Of a stretch of DNA of 64,000 bases, positions 42,020 through 55,652 are shown piece by piece. The notes under the pieces were generated by a model that was not told the DNA's origin, ran no database searches, and saw only the letters and a list, made by a program, of their open reading frames with translations. The stretch comes from Proteromonas lacertae (lineage: Eukaryota). The DNA is taken from NCBI GenBank assembly GCA_002245135.1, contig NGBS01000005.1, forward strand, positions 62,001-126,000. The letters run 5' to 3'. A program made the translations under genes and the position numbers. Within the stretch, counting starts at the first letter, position 1. The number at the start of each line of letters is the position of its first letter.

Positions 42020-43409
42020 TTAAAAGATTATGTAGTTAAGTTTCCGCATCAAGTCCGAATTCTTAATTTCCTCCAGTATTTTCAGCCTTATAACAGAGAA
42101 TTGCATTTGCTGTTGTGGATTTAGGTAAATGCTTAATTTCTTTAATGTTACTAGTGTTTGTATTAATATATAAGAATTGTGTAAGTTTGATAATCTAATA
42201 CAATAATTGAATATTGATGATATATATTGAACTGAATATTTTGGTGAAATTTCAATAAAATCGTTGAACTATTCACAATAATTACTATATAAAATTATAT
42301 ATTTATACAATCTTCGCTATTCCCACTTGTACTGATGCACATCTATTTAATTTTGTTTTGAGTAAATGTGATATTATTATAGAAACATATTCAGGTTGAT
42401 AATGTATTACTTTGTGAAGATAGATCAATATATTGGTGAAATAAAACTATATAAAATATAAATATTAATATATAAATACTAATCTTGCATCATTTAAAAA
42501 TAACTTCAATATTGTCTTAATCATATCAATATTATATATCCGCAAATCAGTACAGAATTTAATAAGATGATTATAATTATGTATTTGATATGTACTATTC
42601 TTTATACAATCAGTTTCTTCATTGAGTTTCACAGCAATACTTTCGACTATTGTTCTTTTGAGATATGGATATCTTTCATAAAGGTTCATTAGATCATTCA
42701 TCCGATTAACAATTGCTACTTGAGATGAATAATTACCATTCTATTTATAGAATAAAAAAAAGATAAAATACATTTACGATTGTATATACATCAAATGAAG
42801 TGGGATAATGTTCATGACAACACGTTTCACGCAGAGAATGACCTTTCTTACCTGACCATTATCAATTTAATCACTTCATCAATAGTTGCATATTGATATA
42901 AAGCAGGATCTGGAGGAAATGATTTAGTTATCTCTTCAAAACAATGTGAAACTACTGATTTAACATATTGCACTGCATTTGAAGGTATGGCTCTATTACT
43001 GAAGTATGAGTATCTACAGAATTAATTCTTATATGTGATACAGTGTAGATATTAATATATCTTTATCCTCAATTGTCCAATAACAAGAATAATCAAATGT
43101 TTTTGGTGGAATAGGTGCATTTTCTGATTTATTATTGAGATTTGGTAAGAATGTCATCGGCAGTCTATCTGATACATCTTGCTCTGTATTTATAGCTGCA
43201 TAAAGGAGTAAATAAGTTTCAAATTGGGTTGGATTAGAATTACACCTTTTTACTGAAGCAGGAATCAACAATTCATCATCGTAAGATTTCTTTCTTTTGT
43301 TTGATGGTATTCTGAGAGTTGGAATTGAAGGAGTTGAGACAGAATTGAGTTGAGCATTACATGAGGGGAGCGATAGCGAGTTCATTCCAGATCTTGACAT
43401 AACAATCAT
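42020..43409 (-). CDS. Highly divergent PP2A B56 (B') regulatory-subunit-like protein; possibly frameshifted
   Basis: Weak motif order matches B56: 'FDYS..EDKDI..TL', 'TKSFPP', 'LMNLYERY..LKRTI', 'IISHLLK'. There is an unexplained +1 frame break at ~42848-42862, and the 3' end is ambiguous. Confidence 0.5.
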
Positions 43410-43687
43410 ATAAATCTATTTTATAACTACTATTACAGGAAGAAAAAAAGAATATTGAAGTTGATGAATGACGCGCTATGCAAAAACACATTTATTTTTG
43501 ATAGATTTAATCGATTAGAAACCAAAATTATGGCAATCATACATATGTATTGTTTTAATATGATGAACTGAGTTTAAAAAAACCAAAAAATCATTAAAAA
43601 AATCATAGATACAATACTGATATAGTAGAAAACTTAATAATTTATATAACTATACACAGCATTTATAAATAACAATAACTCTTATCT

Positions 43688-46600
43688 CTATAAGTTAGGC
43701 ACCTCATCCACTTTTTCTAATGGCTTCTCTAATCTTGGAGTCCTTTGAGCGCTAGCTGTGCCTAAAAATGAGGTTCGTATTTTACCAGGACTTGGACTTG
43801 TAATTTCTTTTAATAGAGATTTTCGTAAATTAGTTGGACTCACTGCTCCGGTAGCTCCTCTCTGTGATCTATTTAATGGGCTTGTTACAGCACCATCTAT
43901 CAACGAAGACTTTCGTGAGTTTGGAATACTATTCAATCCTTTAACCAACGGTTGAATTTGTAGTGGAACAGGTGTTGGATGAACAGATGCTGGACTTGAG
44001 CCATAGTTTCCTATTGCTCTAGAGTTACCATTGTTCATTTCAGGTGTTTCTGGATTATCAGTATCACCATCACCACCATCTTTTCCTCCATCTTCTGATG
44101 AACTATCTTCATCATCTCCTTCATTCACATGAGTACAATACAATAAGGAGACTTTATTACCAAATTGAAGAAATGCAACAACAAACACACCACCATTTAT
44201 TCCTATCGTTCTAATAAAGGCTAATGCAGTAGGTTGATCACTTAAAGCATAATCAATACCAAGCATTGCTAGAGACCAAATGCAAAGTATAACAATTGTG
44301 GAGATTAAACTTAAGGATTCATTAAACTCAGCAACAACATTTCTAATCTTATATGCGACTTGAACACCCCATGCTGCTAATGCCAATATTCCTAATGCTT
44401 GTGCAATTCTATTAATAAATATTATATACATCTATATATATACAAAAAGTATCTTTCAGAATCACAATTTCTAACATAAACATCTGTTACAAAGTCACTC
44501 AATTTTATATTCAATTCTTGATGGTGATAGACTGGATCTACAAAAGTCCATATTAATAAATAAATAATTTGAATTGCTATAACACCACTAATAACCATTA
44601 GCAATCTTAAATTGCCTATTCTCATCTTATTCAGTTGTTTGTTATTCATCAATTTGTGAATTCTCCACACTTTCATAACGAATGTTGAAAGTAATAAATC
44701 TAAACTAATTAAAATAAACCATTTTCTTATAGCACAAGTAAAATCATTTTCAGGGTAAATTATCATAATCATACTACAACTAGCCAATAAGAATAATGCA
44801 AACATAGCAATTACACTAAATAAATAACTTGTATTTCTAACAATAGGATTATGTCTATTCCTTGTAAAAACATAGAAAACTGACAATAAATATAAAACTA
44901 CAACTACATACACTAGATAACTAGCAATAATTGAATCAGGATATGTATACATCTGAACTAATTTTCCTAAATCACAATCAACTTGTGGATTAGTATAAAC
45001 TAATCCATTAGTTGGATATTCAACACTATCAAAACCATTTTGACTTATACTCTTTACAAAATAAGTTGTTACTAAAATACCACTTTTATCAATCTTTCCT
45101 AAACCATTTGGAATTGCCATACTATATTCTTTCAACGCTTGATTAATATAATTTGCATTTGGGAATGAATTACCAGTATAATCAGTCATCACATTATTAA
45201 TTGCATTTGCTAGTAAGAATAAAGATGAATAGACTAATGAATTAATTTCAGAATCACCTTCATTATTTCCAAATATACTATGAGCTTCTGTCTTAAATAC
45301 AGTACCTTCTGTATTGTCTTCACTGCTTGATAATGTGTCAATACACATATGTCCGTTGAAAAAAGTATATTGTTCTGGATTCCAGTAGAATGGGTTACAT
45401 TCTCTAAATATAAATACGAAATTACTATTATCTAACAATCTCTTATATTTCATTATAAGTTCTCGAAGTTCAAACTCTTTTTTACCTTGTACTAAAACAT
45501 ATACTGCAATATGACTTAGTTTTGTTGATAGTAATGTTGGTAAGATTGTTGGTATTGATTCCATTCCTTCTTCAGTAGTGATGTTAATTGATGTTAATAA
45601 TGGACTTTTATTCTTTACAAACAGTAATTTAAATTCTTCAAGAATATTACTATAGAATAAAATAAACATTTATATATATATATACTCTACTTCATAATCA
45701 TAAAGTATCACTGAATCAGTAAATGTTAAATTCATAACATATTGATTAGCTATATCAAACCTTTGATAATAATCACTTTGGAAATAAAAGAAATTTCTTT
45801 TACATACACTTGTATCATCTAATCCAAAATAGAAGTAAGGTATTGCTGTATTCTCAGTCAATTTCTCTACAATTTGTAATAAAAACGGTTGTCTTCCACC
45901 AACTATTGTTATTGGGTCATAATCCTTAATTGCTTTAGTTAAATCCTTTTCAATTTCTTCTTCGTTACTATAAACATTATAGAAGGACAATTCATATCCT
46001 TTCAATTTAAAATCAGTCTCTGTTTTTGATACAAATAGATCAATTGTTCTAGCTATGCTTGTTTCTTCATTCACTGTATCTGGACCAATAATATGCACAA
46101 CTACCACATTCTTCACAATAGTATTCTCTTTAGCCATCGGATTAAACTCACAAATTTCAACACCAGTTAAATTATAGTAATCAGCATAAAATGATGAATG
46201 GGACAATGAATTTGGACTGTAATATAACATAGCACCTAAATAGGTGAATTTCACCACGAATAATCTTCTAGCTAACGATCTACTTTTATCCAACACTATT
46301 CTACCAGCCGCACTTTCAACAACAACTTCTGATATTGCATTTATATTTTCTATAACATCTGTTGTTCTTGTGTAGGATATTGTATTGTGAATGTAATAAA
46401 CAGATGTATAAGAAGATTCACTGACAGAATCAGCTGTAATTCCTATTCCAAAATGATTTAAAAGACTACTCATAAACTTATTTGCATTTATTGGAACATC
46501 AATATCAACATTATCATCCTTCATGTTAATTCCATCAACAAATGAACCTGATGCAAAATGTCCATACAAATAATCAATTAATGAAAAATCAGTAAAAAAC

Positions 46601-49600
46601 TCATGTGGTGGATCAGTAAACAATATATGAATATCATCAATATTAAATCCTTCATCCTTGAAAGTCATTAATAAATCAATATCAAATGCACCACCTACAG
46701 TACTAATTATTACTCCTTTTCTTATCTTCACCATTTCACTGTTTGTCCAAAACTGAGTAAAATCAGTCCCATCCTTATCTACTTCTGTTAGTGATAATAC
46801 ATCTATTCCATAATACTCTAATGTAGGTTTCATGTATTTGGTAGTAATCAAATACGATTCTGAGGTTTTATCTTTATCACATATTAAATAAACTATTGGT
46901 TTGATTTGTAAAACTGCACCAACTAAAAACTTGGATAACTGCGGACCAGTCATTTCTGTTGAAATCAAGTTCTTTACACAATATGCTTCTGTTAAAGTTG
47001 AAGATGAGAAAAACACTTGATCAGTATTATTTAAGAATGTCAATATAGTTTTCATTAAGACAGTAGTAGTAAAACCAACTATATATATATTCTTATTCAT
47101 TCTAATTGATGTTTGGAATTCTAAAAATGAATCTTGATTATCTAAATTGTAAAAACTAACAGCAACATAATAACCCAATGTTCCACCTCCATTATTTATT
47201 TCTTCTTGTGCTAATATTACTCCTTCAATTACACTTATTGATTTTTGCCTGTTTTTATCATAATGAAGAATTACATTAAGGTTATATTTATTCTTTGGTA
47301 ATTTCTTGCTAATTGATGTCTTTGTTATTGTACAAACATAATATGTGGCTTCATTTGTAAGGTATTTATATGGATAAGGAGTTAATAAATCAGAGGATGT
47401 GAATGTTAAATAAATTTCAGTTCCCATATGCATAGATATTCTAAAATAAAACATCATATAATTTGAACTTGATAATTTCAAAACACCTTCAGGAGTTACT
47501 ATTTCATTCTCTCTATATGCTTCAAACAATTCAACATAAGAAAATGTCTTGCATTTTTCAACCATTCGATCAAATGTCAATGCAATTGAATATAATTTTG
47601 ATACTACACTATTTGGCTTTTTATGTAACCATTCTTGCACTCTACTGACCATTAATTGATTTTCTTCATTTTCAATTTGACTTGAATATGTACTGAATAC
47701 ATCATAAGTATAATTACCTTCCATTTCTTCTAAATCAAAAGCAACAAAATGATATATTGATAAATAATAATCATCAAATGTATCTAATAAATTATGAAAT
47801 GCAGAATCTAAACCAAAATATAAAACTGCACTATACTCATCACCAAGATAATCTTTTATCTTTTGTGATATTTCATCAACATTACTATGTGTTATATTAC
47901 CAATAATTGAAACATTTTGAAATAAATTAGATAAATAGATATTGGAATATACTACATGAGAATATTGTTGTGGCAATCCTCCTACAACTGCAAATTTCTT
48001 AAAATTCTTTGTTAAAAACATTTGATAAGCTCTTTCATAAAAGCTAGGCTCAACATCAAAATAAATAATATTTGAATCACATGATTCACCTTCAATCGAT
48101 GTATATACAAAGATAGGAATTTTAGCTTTTTGTGTTGTTGATTTTATAGTTGATAAACATGATGGAATTGCGCCATAGATTATTCCTATTAATCTTGACT
48201 TTATTTGCTCAACTGAGTCAAACAATCTTTCACCACATGTCTCCTCATCACTTTGATCATCGAAATATTGAATTACTATACGCTTTCCTAATATACCTCC
48301 ATCTCTATTGGTTATTTGAATCATTTGTGACAATACAATCGGAATATCAACAGTCTCAGATGCATATATACCTGTAGTGCTTGAACAGATTAATAAAAAT
48401 CCATAATCTTGTGGTATTGGATCACTTGAACCAGTAGTTACATCACATTTACGACCCATTGAATCAATACTATACCACAAAAATGCTACTGGTTGATAAT
48501 CTTGTACAGTTGCTACATTGGTGATAAACTTTCTTTCTGAATTCATATATCCAACATTTATATGATGTGAAGAATAATAATTTGGTAATATTTCTATTTC
48601 TCCATTTGGTGATTCTATTCTTAAATTAACCAAGTTCTCTCTCAAATCAAGTCTATCAATTGAATTACCTTTTTCTACAGCTGCTCTTATATATTCTACA
48701 GCTAAATAAGAATTATAAGCATCTTCAGATAAAAAAGCAGTCAATGAATGTCTTTGCCATGTCTGTAATAACTTAATATTTAATGGATTTGTTGAGAATA
48801 AATCATAACTTATAAAGAAATAGGTATTTTCAAAACTTGGATTTGTCATTGTATCTTTAGTATCTGGAACTAAACCAAAGAAGTAATATTTAGTCAAATC
48901 GATATGTAAATTACTTCTTATCTGCTCTAACAACTGTAAGTGATAATTTGTAGTTAGTAATGAGAATATAAGTCCTTTTTCTGGTATATAATTAAATACA
49001 GTTCTAGCTACATTTAATGACGAAATAGATGCATCATTGCCCATTATTATTCTAATATCTGTTACAAATGGCTTAAATTGCTCCAGCAATATATCTTTAA
49101 AAACATCAGAAATACCAGTTTCACCTTCTATAATATACATATAAGGTATTGCATCACTTAATAAAACATAATTCAAAATCGGATCACAGAATTGATTCAT
49201 AGTTGAACCAACCTGTACAACATCTAAATTACATTCATTACCTAACGTTTTAGCTGGGGTAAAAAATAAAAGATCAGAATTTGCTCTTTTTAATGCTGAA
49301 GATACCATCATTCTAGCTTCTTCAGATTTTCCTCCCATTATTGCAATCATTTTTGGATCTCTAATAAATTCATTCACTATTGATGGTATTAAACTGTCAG
49401 ATTTAGTATTTCTTAATACTGGAATTACATATATTCCATCTAAAAGTCCACCTTCTTCATTGATTGTTGTTATTGCTGAGATTGCAGACATTCCACTAAT
49501 TAATTCATATTCTGAATTTGTACCTGTTACATCATATAATAACCCTATTTTTACATAATCTGGTTTATAATCACCTCCCTTTTTCCAATCACATATTCTA

Positions 49601-52600
49601 ACTTCATTTTCATCAAATATATTATACACAAATACTTTATAATTCAATTTCATATTTGGATATACATTTGTCAAAACATATCTGTTACTACTTCTATCTA
49701 ATTCAACTTTTCTTATTGTTCCTCTTCCATATAAATAATGACTTAAATCCATAATTAAATTTCCAGAAATACTATCAAATTCTAATCCTTCTCCTGCTGT
49801 TATTACAGACATTAAATCAAATGATTCTGCTTTTCTTGCAGAGTTAAGCCACAATTCAAATGCATTATATGTATTTGCATGTAATTCATTAAATGATTCT
49901 TTATAAGTCATCTTCTTCTTTATACTCTCATAAAAATAATAATACTTTGATGATTTATCTGGTCTTACATAATTCAACCATATATAATGGCCTACAGTTG
50001 TATAACCATAACCACTTCTATTAATATCATTTTCATTCATTCCTGTAGCTATTATTGTCATTGTATTTCTAATTACTCCATAACAACCCTTAAACAATTC
50101 CATTGTTAAACTCCCTTTTAACATGGATAAAATAATACCATTAGTTCCTAGTGAATTGGCTATAATCTTAGCAACTCTCTGAAAATCAGTGTTTTGTGTA
50201 TATACATAATATTTACCAACTAATTTAATACCAAATATTTCAAACCTTTCTTGTAACATTTCTACTTCAAATTTTGTTTTCTCAGAATTCATAACTACAA
50301 TATATACTTTAGTAGCTGTGAAATTTGTTCTTAATAAATAAGGTAAACTTAAAAAATCATTTGTCATCATACCAGTATAAAAAACTTTTCTAGAACACTC
50401 ATGTCCTTCTGTATTACCTGGATAATACAATACCATTTGTCGACTTTCAATTATTGATAAAGCTTTTATTCTTAAAGTAGAATCTGTCAAACCAAATATA
50501 AATTTAATACCATGTGATTTAAATTTATCAAGAATAGCTGGTATTGTATTAACATCACTTTCATCATTAGTAACAATTGGATTTATATAATAACCATTAA
50601 CACCACCATTCTCATTGATAATAAAAGCTAGACTAGTAATAACAGCAGCTAATCCTTTACTAGAATCAGCTAATTCACCTGTAAACGATTGAATAACTCC
50701 AATTTTGATATATTCTTTCTCATAGGATGGATTTGATAATGTCAAATCACATATCTTGTATTTTTCTTCGTTGTATAGTAAAAAGAATGGTTCTGGACGC
50801 CATGAAACTGATATTTGTGTTATATCATATGATAGCTTCATTCCATCTCTGGTAATTTGTACTGCATAAACTGGACGACTCATATAATGACTATTATCAA
50901 ATGTAATTGTACCTTCAAAATCATTTAATTCATAACCAATTAGATCCTTTTTGAAATTCTGAATATTTGGATTTGAATATGTTTTATATACATAAATAAT
51001 AGCTTTCATAGCTTCAGCTGCTAATAAGACATTTGGAGGAGTATAATATGATAATGACATATAAGGAACAGCATTTTTAAGATATTCTGGATTAGTTACA
51101 GCAGGAGCATAAGTAGTTGTTATAAAATAATGATTCTTCATGAGATTTACTTCTATCATACCTAATGTGAATGAGAAAAATGTTAAGATTTTAACATCAC
51201 TATTATGACCATTATATGCTTTATGATACTTCTTTGATAAATCTTCTGGTAACAAATCAATTATAAACCCAATATCTTGTGTAAACTGTAATTGCTTAAC
51301 TATTACTATATTATAAGTACTTGAATCATCAGTCAGTTTATCTATTTTATAAGAAATACTTAATTCATCACATAATTCAACAATAAGATTGAGATAATTA
51401 CTCACATTCATACTATCACTATGTATTATTGACACTTTATTTCCGAATTTTTCAAATGCCCAAAATAGAGTTGGTCTTAAATGTTGTATTGGTGTTACAT
51501 CCATATACCATCTATTTAAATAATAGATAAATAATAATAATTATTATTATATATATACATTGAACTACTACAAGCACTTCTTAAAGAGGGTCTTATATAA
51601 AAGAATACCATGTCAATAGAAACTAAAGTATTATCCATTTTCTCCAAACTAGTTAAAGGACAATCACAAATGCATAACATAAATCCTAAAAAACTATATC
51701 TGACTAATATTGTTGAAGCTTCAAGTTCATTGGTAGGACAATTTGCCCTTTTTATTATACCTTGATAATGGATTGTTTCTGGTAAATTGCCACTTCCAAG
51801 TATTTCATTCAAATAACCAATAATAGCTAAATTTCTAGCTACATTAGCAGGTTCATTCAATATTAATATTTTCATTTGTGGATAAGTCCCATTAGCCAAT
51901 ATTGACTGATCACTCCAGTCACAATATACATCAGTATTACCAAACATTGGATAAATATAATTGGAATTCTCATTAGTAATCATTGGATCAAAGCCATTAC
52001 CATTATGTACCATTACACCAGTTATCATTGAGATATATATTTTTCTTTCAACATTATAATTTGGTCTTAGAGTGATTTGTCCAGATGGACTATTCAATTG
52101 TATATTTATTAACATTCTTTGGATATCTTCCATATTATTATTATTATTTGCAGACACAAACGCTTTTTCTATTAATTTCATTCCTTCATACATTGCCATT
52201 GTTACTCCTGTAACAAGATAACTTGGACCAAATGTTTGTTCTACATCTTGAATGAAATGAACTGATTCTTGATTGGTTAATTTGTAGAAATATGAATCTA
52301 ATGCCATATTAGTACCTTCTAATCTATCAAATACTTTAATTATATCTTTTAAATATGGAGAAATAATTATAGTACCATATACTTTACCTAAATTAGTTCT
52401 GTCTATACTTTCCAATAACTCCAAAGTAGTTTCTTGTGTTAATGCTACCACAGTACAGGACATTCTACTACAATCTGTTTTATTCAATTCTATTAAACCT
52501 TCATCAATTGCCGCACCTAATTCTGTTGTTTCATTCTTTCTTATTTTTATTATTTCTCTATTAAAATCATCTTTTGAATATTTCTCTAAACTTTCAATCA

Positions 52601-55408
52601 TTTCATCTTCTTCTCTACTTCCTGAACTAACAGTAACTATATTAGAACCTTGAACACCTGATACTTCAATCATTCTTGGAAATATCTGTGAAGCCATTAA
52701 GCCAGTATGAATAACATTAGAATAGCATTTACTACCAACATTGTAATGAGGATTGATTAAAATTGCGTTCTTCTTAACTATATTTGGAATAACTTCATCT
52801 AACATAGTTGAATTATCAGAACCAATAAAGTATCTAACTCCACTATTCAAACTAGCAATAACTTTCTTTGGAATAACAAATGCTGGTGCTGTTGCATATT
52901 CCAACTTCAACATAAAACCATTAAATCCTCCTTTTTGGTTAATCAAAGAAACAGCTAGTCTTAATTGACTGAGATAGTTTCTTGATTGTATGTTATGAAA
53001 TGTATAAATACCAAATATCTTTATAAAAATAGTATCATAAATTTGATTATCTAATTTGGTTAAATCACATACTGTATTATTATCATAAGCTAATGGAATA
53101 ATTGCATAATCAGTTGCAAATACTTCTTTATATTGTTTTGTATCATTATTATACGATTCTATTACAACATTCATTGTACTATATCCATTTACATCTATTG
53201 AATATGGACCTTGCACAAAGGACATATGTCTTTTGTATATATTATCGTTGATTGTATTTATATCTAATGAATTAGTCAATACTACAGTAGTATTCCATAT
53301 CTTTAGAGCAGCATAAGCCAATCCCATAAATCCATATATTGGTTGATGCAAATCAGTTTCATTAAATCTATAATAATTTGTAATTACATCTCTCATTTCA
53401 TTCATTACATCAGATTCTTTACTTTCAGCAAAGGGTGTTAATAAATAAATTTTCTTCATCATTTCTGTATCTTTGTATTTATCAAATACAGGCTCATATG
53501 TATTTATAAAGAATAATCTTATATTCTTATACACATCAGGTGTATTATTCAAATATTCTAAAAATTTGATAGTATCATCGAAATTTAAAGACATTACAAC
53601 CAATGATCCATAATCTGCAGTTGTTAATTCATCTGTTATATTATCCAATGGATATTTATACTCTTTATTCATTGTTCCTTGGTCATTTAACGAAACTACA
53701 TACAAATCTGCAATTAATTTATCTTCTGCAGTATCTGAATAAAACACAAATGTATAATTTCTTCCTACTTCTTGTGCCATATCAAATGCTAAAAGATGAA
53801 TCTCACTAATATGTTCATGAGAAAATCCTAAATTATATCTATATTTCTGACATTCATAACCACCATTATTGTGCAAATTAAACCATAATAATCCACTATT
53901 TCCAAAATCACTTAACATTTTCATTCTTGAAGAATATGGAATATCATATAACACTACACCTGCATCATATTTACTAGTTAACATTGTAATGTTATTCTTT
54001 ATATAAGTATAATCACTCAAACTATCAATATAATAACTAATTACTGTTTTATCTAATACACCACCACCTTTATTAATTTCATGAATATAACTACTAATTA
54101 TCCTAGAATAATAAATACCTACATTTTCATATTCTCCTGAATAGGGAACTATAATAATCACCATAACATAACTGCCGTTAATAATACCATTCACAGGTGA
54201 GGAAGTCCAATCACAATCACCTACAGGTAAATTACCAATTCTATCCCAAGGTGAAATATAATAGAAATCATCAAAATCATCAAATTTCTTGATTATTAAA
54301 TCACCACCATTTGCTGTACTTCTTAATTTATATAAATACTGTGTATTTCTAATTACATTACCTTTTATTAATGATGATATTGATATTGGAGATTCAAATG
54401 GTTTAATATATAAATTATTTAATATAATTGATATATTAAACGTCTCATATCTTTTAGCTACTGAAATGTATGTATCAAATAATGTATAACTATATTAAAT
54501 AAATAAATAAATATATATCTATACACTAAATATAAATATTGAAATGGTGGTGAATAAGAAGTGCCTCCAGGTGGTATTACACTACTAATCAATTCATGCA
54601 TTGCAGTTGCTTTATCACTTATATATTCTGGACTTATCAATGTAATAACTAAAGAGTCTTCATAATTATTACCACTATCTGCATCTCCTAATTCTAAATT
54701 TGCATAACCAACTGCTTCTACCTTTATATTATTGTTTGTTTTTAAAGTCTTTATTGCTGCATAAATTTCTGGATTCTTCAATGGACTTGTACTTATAATA
54801 ATTAGAATATCATCCTCAGTTATTCCTGTTATATCAGCAGTTAAACTACTTGATGAAGTATCAATTTCTTTTACTACTTTACATTTCTGGGTTTGACATA
54901 CATAACCTAAAACTTGCTTGATTTTAGTACTTTCTTCACGTTCTGATACAATCACAATCTTCTTCCATATTGAAGTTAAGTACAGAAGAGATCGACTGTA
55001 ATAAATACCTCCATCTTGTACATTCACTACATTCCTAGAACATGCATTCTCTTGAGTAGAAGCACAAAATATATAAACACCTTTTTTATACATATATTCA
55101 TCCAATGTCATTCCATCAATATTTGATATGCCATAACAAAAACCAAATATTATATCCACCTTATCAACCTCTACTAATTTTTTGATTACATCTTTGTTAC
55201 CATCAAAACTATAGGTATAACTATCTCCTTTTATTGCAATCTGCCTATCTGCGTGTTCTGAGTTCCAGTTGTCTACATACTTCTGAAATACAGCCTTAGA
55301 AGTTTTTGTTTTAGTAGGATCTGGATAATGCATAAACCCTATATTTAATGTTTCTCCATAAAAACATTGTATTGATATTATAAAAACCAAAATAATGTAT
55401 AACGACAT
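43688..55408 (-). CDS. Giant class C (7tm_3) GPCR-like receptor with nine tandem UrtA/AmiC-type periplasmic-binding (Venus flytrap) domains, ~3,855 aa
   Basis: Signal peptide at ATG 55408. Introns 54490-54524, 51512-51558, 45650-45685 and 44409-44443 join all ORFs into 3,856 codons. The repeats carry 'IN..GG..G', 'E-C' and 'CD[WL]' motifs. The 7TM region has 'P.VR..S..F', 'C..R.W', 'KVWRI', 'IWT.VDP', 'EFNES' and 'FGNK'. Confidence 0.9.
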
Positions 55409-55652
55409 TTTTGAGACTCAAACACTACAACAAGCTAATTAATTTAAAGATACAAATATAACGCCATCTATCACTAAGTAATATCTCAAAATGATAGAAT
55501 AATTTTCCTATTACACCATGATCAGTTAAAATTAAAAATCGATTCAGCTATTGTAGTTTTTAAAAATCATTCAACAAATGGAAATATATATATATGATAA
55601 TTGATTTACAATACTTATGAATAAAAAATAATTTACATTAAACAGAATCAAC

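Noticed and set aside
43688..55408. Bacterial contamination or a urea ABC-transporter operon
   Set aside because: The UrtA-like domains are fused in one intron-containing gene with a eukaryotic 7TM; there are no permease or ATPase genes, and composition matches the neighbours.
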